The translations under genes were made by a program, and so were the position numbers. The notes under the pieces were generated by a model. That model was given only the letters and a program-made list of their open reading frames with translations, had not been told where the DNA came from and searched no databases. Shown one piece after another: positions 19,222 to 27,579 of a stretch of DNA of 64,000 nucleotides. Position 1 is the stretch's first letter; every line of letters begins with the position of its first letter. The DNA is taken from assembly GCA_032128115.1 (NCBI GenBank), contig JAQBHB010000014.1:1-64000 (forward strand), given 5' to 3'. This DNA comes from Deltaproteobacteria bacterium. Its GTDB lineage: Bacteria; Myxococcota_A; UBA9160; SMWR01.

Positions 19222-19878
19222 TCAGCTCGGATCGAGCTCTTCTTCTTCCTCTTCCTCTTCCTCGTCCTCGATGGGTTCCGGCAGGTCGACCACCCCCAGC
19301 CCGATGTCGAGCGTCGGCTCGGCGGCCTCCACCGTCGCTTCCTCGTCGTCGTCATCCAACAAGGGAGCCATGGAGCGGTTGCGCCGGCGCTTGGCCTCCG
19401 GCGCCTTGAGCTTCACCTCACGGGTCGGGCGCACGCGCTGGTCGGCCCCGCATTTCGGACACAGGGGCTCGGGCCGGTTCAAGTCGTAGAACTTCGCGCC
19501 GCACTCGAAGCAGTTGTATTTGATTCCCAGGTGCGCGTGAACGCCCGTGCCGGGCACCCCACCCTGGGGCTTGCCGGTCGCCTTCTTCGAGGCTCTCTTC
19601 CTGGTGGCCGGTCGTTTCGGCGCAGTCTTGATCTCGATTTCGGGCTTCGCCTTGGGTTCGGCCGCGGCGGGCGCCGCCTTCTTGGTCACAGCCTTCTTGG
19701 CCTTCACGGGCGCCGCCTTCTTGGCCGCCAGCTTCTTGGCCTTGGCGGGAGCGTTCTTGCCCTTGGCGGGAGCGTTCTTGGCCTTGGTAGCGGCCTTCGA
19801 TTTCTTGCGGGCCGTCTTCTTGGAAGCCGCCTTGCGGGCGCTGACCCTGGCCTTGGTCTTCTTCCTGGCGGGAGTCAT
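19222..19878 (-). CDS. FYDLN-acid (TIGR02300-like) zinc-ribbon protein with Lys/Ala-rich histone-H1-like N-terminus
   Basis: LGIKYNCFECGAKFYDLNRPEPLCPKCG with acidic tail; N-terminal AKK/PAK repeats. Confidence 0.85.
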   Translation of the reverse strand: MTPARKKTKARVSARKAASKKTARKKSKAATKAKNAPAKGKNAPAKAKKLAAKKAAPVKAKKAVTKKAAPAAAEPKAKPEIEIKTAPKRPATRKRASKKATGKPQGGVPGTGVHAHLGIKYNCFECGAKFYDLNRPEPLCPKCGADQRVRPTREVKLKAPEAKRRRNRSMAPLLDDDDEEATVEAAEPTLDIGLGVVDLPEPIEDEEEEEEEEELDPS

Positions 19879-21350
19879 GGGCTCTCTCCAGGGGGTGTGA
19901 GGATTGCGTCCCGCGCCTCGGCCACCTCGCGGATGCCCAGGGCGCGCGCGTCTTCGGGGCCATCGATCCAGGTGTGGTCGACCTCGATATCCCCGTCGAC
20001 CGGAATCCCCCCGATTCCGGCCGCCTCGAGCCAAGCCCGGTATTGCACGCCCAGGGCGCGCCGGGCTGTATCCGGCGAATCCGCCCCATGGGCATTCTTC
20101 ACCGGCGAGAATTCGACCTCTCGGTCCGCCTCGACGACGCAGGACCGCTCTGCGACGGGCAGGGCGTCGAACACGAACCGCTCGAGCTTGAGACCGTTGG
20201 GCTCCACGGGCGCCTGGGGTCGACCCTCGGCGTCCAGGGCGGGAATCCGCTTGAGGGCGCCGTGGTAGGGCAGCAGCGTCTCGGCCTCGGCCGCCACCCG
20301 GCGCACGAACGCCGTCGCGAACACGTGAACCGCGATGTTGCCCGCCCAATAGACCAGATCGCCGCGCACATCACGGGCTTCGCGAAGCGCTTCGTCGAGC
20401 TCCGTGTATTCGATCACGCCCAGACGTCCCCCCATCCGGACCACCAAGCCAACCTTCTCCGCGGGATCGACCTTGCGGACGATCTTGCAGGACATCTCCG
20501 CGCCGGCGCCGGCGTGAAAGCCTAGATACACCGGATCGGCGATTCGCACGAGGGGATTGTCCACCTGGTGGTAGAAGAGGGTGTCGATGCCGCGATCGTC
20601 CAGAACGTCCAGGGCACCGCTGGCCAGCAGGGCCGTCAACGCACCTCCGTGGCCGCTTGGATTCTCGAAGATGCGACCGGGTTCCTCGAGCAGCAGGCGT
20701 CCCTCCAGATCGAAGCTGGGAACCATTTCCTGGCGGAAGAAGCGCACGTCCTCGCACGGCAGCCCGAAATAGTCGCGTTCCTGGAAGAACGCGCGGGTGT
20801 CGGCATCGGTGGCGCCGCTGGTCATGACGTACCAGGGAAGGGGCCGGCCATAGCGCCGCCGGAGGCCGCGGATCTTCTGGGCCAGGAGCTCGAAAAGCGA
20901 GCGTCCCGACACCGGCCCCAGGGGGTAGGCGCCCTTGGGGGCATGGAAGCCCAGGCGCGTCGCCTGACCACCCGCCACCACCAGCACCGCCACCCGGCCC
21001 CGGGCGAGCAGTTCCTGACCGCACTCACGGGCCTGGTCGATGGCCCGGGGATCGCCGCCGCGGCCCGCCAGGCGCTCGACCCGAGGCGGCTCGCAATGGC
21101 CCGCCAGGCGCTCGACCCGAGGCGGCTCGGGAACGTCCGCTCCGGGCCCATCGGCGTCCAACCGGGACCGGGCCGAGGCCTGGGCGCGCAGCATCGCGGG
21201 CAGATCGAAAGCCGCGGCTTGCGCCACCAGGCGATCCCTGGCCGGCGCGTCGAGCCGCTCCCAGAAGCGAAAGACGTGGCCCTGGCCGTGACTCTCGTAG
21301 TGGCTCAACAATTCGTCGAATTCCGGGCTCTGGTGGCTCGCTTGGCCCAC
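19875..21350 (-). CDS. UDP-N-acetylglucosamine pyrophosphorylase, UDPGP type 1 (UAP1-like) family
   Basis: VAGGQATRLG..PKG, WYVMTS, NPSGHGG, QVDNPL, EKVG, IEYTEL, KLERFVFD, EFSPVKN. Confidence 0.9.
   Translation of the reverse strand: MGQASHQSPEFDELLSHYESHGQGHVFRFWERLDAPARDRLVAQAAAFDLPAMLRAQASARSRLDADGPGADVPEPPRVERLAGHCEPPRVERLAGRGGDPRAIDQARECGQELLARGRVAVLVVAGGQATRLGFHAPKGAYPLGPVSGRSLFELLAQKIRGLRRRYGRPLPWYVMTSGATDADTRAFFQERDYFGLPCEDVRFFRQEMVPSFDLEGRLLLEEPGRIFENPSGHGGALTALLASGALDVLDDRGIDTLFYHQVDNPLVRIADPVYLGFHAGAGAEMSCKIVRKVDPAEKVGLVVRMGGRLGVIEYTELDEALREARDVRGDLVYWAGNIAVHVFATAFVRRVAAEAETLLPYHGALKRIPALDAEGRPQAPVEPNGLKLERFVFDALPVAERSCVVEADREVEFSPVKNAHGADSPDTARRALGVQYRAWLEAAGIGGIPVDGDIEVDHTWIDGPEDARALGIREVAEARDAILTPPGESP
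21062..21129. repeat. 36-bp-period in-frame tandem duplication inside the pyrophosphorylase gene
   Basis: 32 bp identical at 21062-21093 and 21098-21129 (EPPRVERLAG twice). Confidence 0.9.
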
Positions 21351-21496
21351 CGCACGCTCCTGGGGGTCGGGTCATCGGGCGCGCTGATAGCACACGCACA
21401 TCCCCATGCGAAACCCAGCGACGCCGCGGGACCCCTGGGCGCGGCCTGGAGACGCGCCCGGAAGGGGTAGCCGGCGGCTCACGGCCGCGATCTTCT

Positions 21497-21524
21497 ATTT
21501 GACATAATCCATCTTATCGGACGT
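21497..21524 (-). other. dif: dif site (XerC/XerD chromosome dimer resolution site)
   Basis: Minus strand ACGTCCGATAA-GATGGA-TTATGTCAAAT (11-6-11); the XerD arm differs by one base from E. coli TTATGTTAAAT; AT-rich and intergenic. Confidence 0.85.
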
Positions 21525-21579
21525 AACAGAGCGGGGCGCAAAACCGGAAGAAGGCCCGAATGGGGCACCGGAGCCGGAT

Positions 21580-22401
21580 CTAGCTGGGGTTGTCCCTCTG
21601 GACGTCGTCCCTCTGGACGTCGCGCCTCTGGACGTCGCGCCTCTGGACGTCGCGCATCTGGACGTCGCGCATCTGGACTTCGCGCATCAGGGCCCGCATG
21701 TGGGTCGGGAGGTGCAGGTCCGGGGCCTCGCGGGCCACCTGATCGAACAGCACCCGGGCCTGCTCGCGTTCGCCCGCGGCCAGGTAGCAGCGGGCGGCAT
21801 CCGCCAGCGACCAGTAGCGCAGTGGGAACGCCTCGATGCCGCCGGCCTGCTCGTGGCTGGCGGCGGCCTCGCGCCAGCGGCCGGCATCTTCGTGGGCCTG
21901 GGCCATGCGCTGCAGCAGCACACCACGCAGACTCGAATTCCGGGGCAACTCCAGCAGCGCGGCGTTCCAGCTGTCGAGAGGACCCTCGAGATCGCCGGTC
22001 GCGGCCAGCAGATTGCCCAGCTCGAGGGACGCCAGCGCACCGGCCACCGTGCCCCCATGGTCTGCGGCCACCTCGCGGAAGCGGACCGCATACTCCTCGT
22101 TGATCTGGCGCTGGGCCTGGGGATTGGCCAACGCGGGCACGTCGATCGCGCCCGGATTGGTCCCCATGGCCTTCAGGTAGGCGCCCCGCACCTGCTCGAG
22201 GGCGTCTGAAGCCCGGGCCTCGCGGGTCGTGCGCCAGTTGTCGTAGGCGCCGTAGATCGCGACGGCGACCAGACTGCCCACCACCACCGCGCCCACCAGC
22301 ACCGCGTTCGCAACCACCCACGCGATCAGGCGCTCGCCGAGCGACACGGCCTCTTCCAGCATGGTTTCTGGGGCGTCGTCCGGGCTGTGCTTGCGCGCCA
22401 C
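21580..22401 (-). CDS. YfgM-like membrane-anchored TPR protein
   Basis: Single N-terminal TM helix then TPR-like helices; adjacent to der. Confidence 0.65.
   Translation of the reverse strand: MARKHSPDDAPETMLEEAVSLGERLIAWVVANAVLVGAVVVGSLVAVAIYGAYDNWRTTREARASDALEQVRGAYLKAMGTNPGAIDVPALANPQAQRQINEEYAVRFREVAADHGGTVAGALASLELGNLLAATGDLEGPLDSWNAALLELPRNSSLRGVLLQRMAQAHEDAGRWREAAASHEQAGGIEAFPLRYWSLADAARCYLAAGEREQARVLFDQVAREAPDLHLPTHMRALMREVQMRDVQMRDVQRRDVQRRDVQRDDVQRDNPS
21597..21686. repeat. 6 x 15-bp tandem repeat encoding an (M/R)RDVQ tail
   Basis: TCTGGACGTCGCGC(C/A) units with few substitutions. Confidence 0.9.
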
Positions 22402-22493
22402 CTGCGCTCCTCGCGATTTCGACGGGCTCGGGGGCCGGAGTGTATCGGACGCTGGGGCCCGCGCCTGCCTCCGAGCCGGAATCCGCGGCGCGA

Positions 22494-23840
22494 TCAGGCC
22501 CGTTCGCCCCGAGCCCGAAGCCGAAGGCGGACCGGGGTGCCCTCGAAATCGAACGCCTCGCGCAGGCGGTTTTCCAGGAAGCGGCGATACGAGTTCTGCA
22601 CGCTGGACGGATCCGTGCAGAACAGCACGAACGTGGGCGGCCGCACCCCCGTCTGCGTGGCGTAGAAGAACTTCAGGGGCCTGCGGCGCTGGCCCCGCTG
22701 CCCCATGGCCGGCTCGTGGCGCCCGACCGCGTCCTTCAACCAACGGTTGAGCTCCGGCGTGGTGATGCGGCGCTCGCCCGCTTCCACCAGCCTCCGCACC
22801 ACCGGGAAGATGCGGTCGCAGCCGGCACCCGTCTTCGCCGAGATCGACACCACGGGGGCGTCGGACATGAAACGCAGGCCGTGGCGGATATCGTCGCGCA
22901 GCTCATGGGCCGTGCGTTCGCCCGCGCTCACCAGGTCCCACTTGTTGGCCAGCACGGCCGCGGCGCGGCCCCGTTCCCGGGCCAGGCTCGCCACCCGGGC
23001 GTCCTGATCCGTGAAGCCACCCGCGGCATCCATCACCACCAGGGCCACCTGGGCCCGTTCGAGCGAGCGCACGGTCATCAGGGCGCTGGCGCGTTCGGCG
23101 GTGCGAGTGCGGTGGCCGGCCCGGCGCAGGCCCGCCGTGTCGACGAACGTGAAAACCTCACCGTCGCGCTCGATGCGGGTGTCGGTGGAGTCACGGGTGG
23201 TGCCCGGAAGATCCGAGACCACCACCCGCTCGCTGCCCGCCAGACGATTGACCAGCGAGCTCTTGCCCACGTTGGGGGGTCCCACCAGCGCAATCCGCAC
23301 CCCCTCTTCGCTCGGCGCCGGGGCCGTGTCGGCTTCGGGCAGCCTCGCCACCAGCTCTTCCAGCGCATTCCAGGCCCCGGTGCCGTGCTCGGCGGACACG
23401 CCGCGGGTGGCCTCGAATCCGAGACGGTGGAACTCGGCCACGCGAACATCGTGCTGGGGCCGGTCGATCTTGTTGACGGCCACCAGGATGGGACGCGAGC
23501 CGGTGCGAAGCGTTCGCGCCAGGACCTCGTCTTCCGGGAGCAGCCCGGCCTTGCCGTCGACGACGAACAGGATCGCATCGGCATCCGCGACCGCCGATCG
23601 CGCCTGGGCCTGGATGGCGGCGGCCAGGCCCTGCTCTACTTCCGAGTCGAGCCCGGCCGTATCCACCACCAGCACCCGGCGGTCGCCGACCTCCACCTCC
23701 TGGACGATGCGGTCGCGGGTGATCCCGGGACGGTCCTCCACCAGCGCCCGTCGCCATCCGGCGTAGCGGTTGAACAGCGTCGACTTGCCCACGTTCGGGC
23801 GGCCCACGATCGCGACGATCGGCAGTGCGGAGTCGGTCAT
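22494..23840 (-). CDS. der: Ribosome biogenesis GTPase Der (EngA)
   Basis: Two GTPase domains (GRPNVGKS, GPPNVGKS, DTAG twice, NKID/NKWD) and KH-like C-terminus YRRFLENRLREAFDFEGTP. Confidence 0.97.
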   Translation of the reverse strand: MTDSALPIVAIVGRPNVGKSTLFNRYAGWRRALVEDRPGITRDRIVQEVEVGDRRVLVVDTAGLDSEVEQGLAAAIQAQARSAVADADAILFVVDGKAGLLPEDEVLARTLRTGSRPILVAVNKIDRPQHDVRVAEFHRLGFEATRGVSAEHGTGAWNALEELVARLPEADTAPAPSEEGVRIALVGPPNVGKSSLVNRLAGSERVVVSDLPGTTRDSTDTRIERDGEVFTFVDTAGLRRAGHRTRTAERASALMTVRSLERAQVALVVMDAAGGFTDQDARVASLARERGRAAAVLANKWDLVSAGERTAHELRDDIRHGLRFMSDAPVVSISAKTGAGCDRIFPVVRRLVEAGERRITTPELNRWLKDAVGRHEPAMGQRGQRRRPLKFFYATQTGVRPPTFVLFCTDPSSVQNSYRRFLENRLREAFDFEGTPVRLRLRARGERA

Positions 23841-23842
23841 CT

Positions 23843-23889
23843 GGGGAATCGGGCTCTATCCGGGGAAACGGGCTCTATCGGGGGAAACG
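23843..23889. repeat. About 2.5 x 19-bp tandem repeat immediately upstream of der
   Basis: GGGGAATCGGGCTCTATCC / GGGGAAACGGGCTCTATCG / GGGGAAACG. Confidence 0.8.
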
Positions 23890-23961
23890 CGCCCTGGTTG
23901 GCGCCCCCAGGATATCGCTTGCGCCCACCGGGCGCCGGCATCCCGGATCGCGGCGCCTTCC

Positions 23962-23991
23962 TTGACAATCCCAGCTCTCCGCCCGTAGGGT
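23962..23991 (+). promoter_or_regulatory. Putative sigma70 promoter TTGACA-N18-TAGGGT
   Basis: Perfect -35 hexamer; the same hexamer pair and spacing recur at 27406-27435. Confidence 0.5.
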
Positions 23992-24048
23992 GACGCCCAC
24001 GGCCCCGCGGGATCTGCAGCCTGTTGTCGGGTGCTGGAAGGAGTTGTC

Positions 24049-24486
24049 GTGACCCGCTTCGTCCGCCGTCTTTCGCGTGTTGCTGTCGTTTTCGGCCTGG
24101 CCCTGTTGATCGCGACTCCCGCGTCCGCTTCCTACGAGACCTTCAAGCGCTCCATCAGCAACCTGCTGATGTTCCCGCTCGACCTGATCACCGGGCCGTA
24201 CGTGGGCGTGAAGTCGGTGATCGCGAACGTGACGGACATCGAAGACACCACCGCTGTGCGCGTCGTCTACTTCCTGCCCGGCCTGGGCTGGAACATCGGG
24301 ATGCAGTCGGGAGTCGCCTGCTTGCGCGGCGTCGCGGGAGGTCTCGAGTTCGTGCCGGGGCTGTTCCTGATCCCCTTCGAGGCCGACATGGAACCGCTGT
24401 TTCCCCTGTCGGATCGTCAGGATGCGCTGGTCGACGTCGACACCCGCGCATTCAACTTCAAGTTCGGCATCAACTACGTAGACTGA
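24049..24486 (+). CDS. Exported hypothetical protein (possibly exosortase-system-associated type)
   Basis: AGGAG RBS, signal peptide ending PASA, amphipathic helices. Confidence 0.55.
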   Translation: MTRFVRRLSRVAVVFGLALLIATPASASYETFKRSISNLLMFPLDLITGPYVGVKSVIANVTDIEDTTAVRVVYFLPGLGWNIGMQSGVACLRGVAGGLEFVPGLFLIPFEADMEPLFPLSDRQDALVDVDTRAFNFKFGINYVD

Positions 24487-24514
24487 TCCCCGGAACGGCG
24501 CTCTCGCCACCCGG

Positions 24515-25471
24515 CTACCCAGCGAGAAACGCCTCCACGTCTCGACAGATCCTGTCGCGATCGTCGGGGTCGAGCCAGATGGCGTCGGGCACGCGCCGCA
24601 GCCAGGTGCGCTGGCGACGCGCGAAGTGTCGGGTGTCGCGCTGCATGGCCACGCGCGCATTGGCGAGGATCTCGCTGCCCTGGGCTACCGGGATCAGGTG
24701 CCGATATCCGATGGCCTGCATGGAGGCCAACTCCGGACCGAACCCAGCATTGAGCAACCCGCGCACCTCGCGCAGGAGCCCCGTCTCGATCATCTCGCCA
24801 CAGCGGGCGTCGATGCGGGAGTTGAGCGTCTCGCGGCCCGGATCGATGGCCAGATGCAGGCTGCGATAGCGCCGATCGCCGAAGCCGTGCGCGCGGCGGA
24901 GGGCCGAGGCCGGATTCCCGGTGCAGGCCGCGATCTCGAGCGCGCGGAGGGTGCGGCGCACATCGTGAGGGTGGATCTCGGCGGCGGTTTCCGGATCGCA
25001 TGCTTCGAGGCGCCGGTGGAGTCGCATCGGGTCGCCCTCCCCCGCCGCCTCGGCTTGCTCCTGGGAAAGGCGCCTACGCGTCTCCGGGTCGGCCTCGACA
25101 CCGCTCAGCATCCCTTCGAGAAAAGCTCGAATGTAGAGACCCGTTCCCCCTGTGAGAATGGGGAATTTTCCACGAGCGTGGATCTCGGCCGCAGCCCGGT
25201 GGGCGGCCTCGGCGTAGCGGCCGGCGCTGTAGGCGTCGTTCGGGTCGACCACATCGATCAGGTGATGCGGGATGGAGGCGCGCACCTCGGCCGCGGGCTT
25301 GGCCGTCCCGATGTCCATGTAGCGGTAGACCTGCATGGAGTCGGCGTTCACGATCTCGCCGCCAAAGCGCCGGGCCAGATCGATGGCGAGCGGTGTCTTG
25401 CCCGAGGCGGTGGGCCCCGTCACCACGACCACAGTCAGACGCTCTGGGGATGTCGGTATCGGATTGGCCAC
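24515..25471 (-). CDS. miaA: tRNA dimethylallyltransferase
   Basis: GPTASGKT, NADSMQVY..MDIGTAKP, GGTGLY, AIGY, FARRQRTW. Confidence 0.97.
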   Translation of the reverse strand: MANPIPTSPERLTVVVVTGPTASGKTPLAIDLARRFGGEIVNADSMQVYRYMDIGTAKPAAEVRASIPHHLIDVVDPNDAYSAGRYAEAAHRAAAEIHARGKFPILTGGTGLYIRAFLEGMLSGVEADPETRRRLSQEQAEAAGEGDPMRLHRRLEACDPETAAEIHPHDVRRTLRALEIAACTGNPASALRRAHGFGDRRYRSLHLAIDPGRETLNSRIDARCGEMIETGLLREVRGLLNAGFGPELASMQAIGYRHLIPVAQGSEILANARVAMQRDTRHFARRQRTWLRRVPDAIWLDPDDRDRICRDVEAFLAG

Positions 25472-25499
25472 GGCGGGAAGCTACTCCACGCCGCCGCGT

Positions 25500-27320
25500 T
25501 CAGCGGCGTGCGAAGCGGCGCTCGATCTCGGCGAGCTCGAGGGGAACGACCACGGGGCGCCCGTGCGGGCAGTTGGGGGCCCACGGAATCGCATCCACGG
25601 CATCGACCAGCGCCTGCTGCTCGCGGGGATCGAGCACGTCGCCCTTGCGGCGGGCCGCGTGGCACGCGAGCGACGCAAACACCTGATCGGCCGCTTCCAG
25701 GGCCCGGGAGCCGGCTCGCAGGGCGGCGGTGGCATCGCCCGCCTCGTGCAGCTCATCGGCCAGGTTGCGAACCAGCGACGCCGGGTCGCGATTTCCGAGC
25801 AGGGCCGGCACGGCCCGCACGGCGAACGTGCCGTCCCCGAAGTCCTCCAGATCGAAGCCCAGGCTCGACAACGCATCCGCGGCGCCAAGCAGGGCGGCCG
25901 CGGCGGGCAGGTCGAGACGCACCGTCACCGGCGCCAACAGTCCCTGGGACTCGACCCCCCGATCCCGCCACTCGGCGCGCAGTCGCTCGAACAGGACCCG
26001 CTCGTGGGCCGCGTGCTGATCGAGCAGCAGGAGCCCGTCCTTCGACTCGAGCAGCAGGTAGGTGGAGAGAAGCTGTCCCAGGAGACGCAGGTCTCCAAAG
26101 CGGACCGGGCCTGCGCCTGGGACCGGATCAGCCCCGGGAACGGCGGCCGCGTCGGCAACCGCAGCGGGTCGGGCGAAGACCCAGTCGCCCTGCCCCGCCG
26201 CGACGCTCGGGGCCGGTCGCGACCACGGATGCGGGGCTCCGCCCTCCGACCGCTGCGACCGCTCCGACCGCGGCGGGTCGCTTCCGGAGACGACCCAACG
26301 GCGCGCCTCGATTGCCCCGCGCACCGCGTGGCGCACCAGCCGGTGTATGGCCTGGGGGTCCCCGAAGCGTACCTCCCACTTGGCCGGGTGGACGTTCACG
26401 TCGACGGACTCCGGCGGGAGGTCCAGGAACAGGACGGCGGCCGGGAAGCGCCCGCGAGGCAGCAGATCCCGGTAGATCTCCACCAGCGCGTGCTGGAGCA
26501 TGCGATCGCGAACCGGACGCCGGTTCACGAACCAGTAGACCCCGGCCAGGCTCGCCCGATGGCGGTCGGGCCGGGAGACGAAGCCCTGGATCCGAGCCTC
26601 GCCCTCGTCGCGCGCCACCGGCACGAAGGCCGCCGCATCCTCTTCGCTCACCACGGCCGCGATCCGGTCCAGTGGATCGGGGCTGGCGGGCCAGCTCAGA
26701 GCCGGGCGATCGTCGCGCAGCACGTCGAAGTGGACATCCGGGCGCGCCAGGGCCGCTCGGGCCAGCCAATCGGCTGCGTGGCCCCATTCCGTGGTCACGG
26801 CCTTGAGGAATTTTCGGCGCGCGGGGATCCCGACGAACAGGTCGGCCACCTCCACGCGAGTGCCCACCGCCCCCCCTACCGGGCCCTCACTCACCGGGCG
26901 GCCCCGGTCGATCTCGAGACCGAATCCCTCCGCTGCGCCCTCGAGCCGGGTCGCCAGGCGCAACCTCGAGACCGACGCGATGGCCGGGAGGGCTTCGCCG
27001 CGGAACCCATAGGTTCGGATCCCCTGGAGATCCTCGGCGGTCGCAAGCTTGCTGGTGGCGTGGCGCTGGAGCGCCAGCCGGGCATCGATCGGCGCCATGC
27101 CGCTGCCGTCGTCGCTCACCGCGATCCAGTCGCGCCCTCCCGCGCGGACCTCCACACGAATGCGACGGGCACCCGCATCCAGCGCATTCTCCACCAGCTC
27201 CTTCACCACGGAGGCCGGACGCTCCACCACCTCGCCCGCGGCGATCTGGTCGATCAGCCCGTCGGGCAAGAGCCGCACGGGGCCCGCCCGGGCCCCTCCC
27301 TTTTCGCCAGCCACCGTCAC
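25500..27320 (-). CDS. mutL: DNA mismatch repair endonuclease MutL
   Basis: IAAGEVVERPASVVKELVEN, GFRGEAL, DVNVHPAK, DQHAAHERV, ACH, CPHGRP. Confidence 0.97.
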   Translation of the reverse strand: MTVAGEKGGARAGPVRLLPDGLIDQIAAGEVVERPASVVKELVENALDAGARRIRVEVRAGGRDWIAVSDDGSGMAPIDARLALQRHATSKLATAEDLQGIRTYGFRGEALPAIASVSRLRLATRLEGAAEGFGLEIDRGRPVSEGPVGGAVGTRVEVADLFVGIPARRKFLKAVTTEWGHAADWLARAALARPDVHFDVLRDDRPALSWPASPDPLDRIAAVVSEEDAAAFVPVARDEGEARIQGFVSRPDRHRASLAGVYWFVNRRPVRDRMLQHALVEIYRDLLPRGRFPAAVLFLDLPPESVDVNVHPAKWEVRFGDPQAIHRLVRHAVRGAIEARRWVVSGSDPPRSERSQRSEGGAPHPWSRPAPSVAAGQGDWVFARPAAVADAAAVPGADPVPGAGPVRFGDLRLLGQLLSTYLLLESKDGLLLLDQHAAHERVLFERLRAEWRDRGVESQGLLAPVTVRLDLPAAAALLGAADALSSLGFDLEDFGDGTFAVRAVPALLGNRDPASLVRNLADELHEAGDATAALRAGSRALEAADQVFASLACHAARRKGDVLDPREQQALVDAVDAIPWAPNCPHGRPVVVPLELAEIERRFARR

Positions 27321-27405
27321 AGGTACCCCCTCGCGGCGATTACCACGCCTGCGAGCGTTTCGTCAACAGCCTTCATTTTGCGGGGAGTTGACACCCGCAA
27401 ATGCA

Positions 27406-27435
27406 TTGACAAGCATGGGCAACTCCCCATAGGGT
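27406..27435 (+). promoter_or_regulatory. Putative sigma70 promoter TTGACA-N18-TAGGGT
   Basis: Same hexamers and spacing as 23962-23991; in the divergent mutL / regulator intergenic region. Confidence 0.5.
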
Positions 27436-27579
27436 GCGTTTGCCTCGGCGGGCGGCGAAGTGCACTCCAAGTGTGGGGTTTGGAGGTTCCACCGGCATGA
27501 TCAGGGTGTTTCTTGCCAACACCACGGCTCCCGACTTCCGTCGGGGCGACTGCTCCGTCACTTCCGGCGCAGCTGCGCG

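Noticed and set aside
19238..19270. TCT/TCC trinucleotide run as a microsatellite
   Set aside because: Explained by the poly-Glu tail of the FYDLN protein.
21597..21686. Possible CRISPR array
   Set aside because: Contiguous 15-bp units without spacers, inside a CDS; no cas genes in the window.
24626..27500. Two long + strand ORFs (726 and 721 aa)
   Set aside because: Antisense to miaA and mutL; Arg/Pro/Gly-rich with no domain signal.
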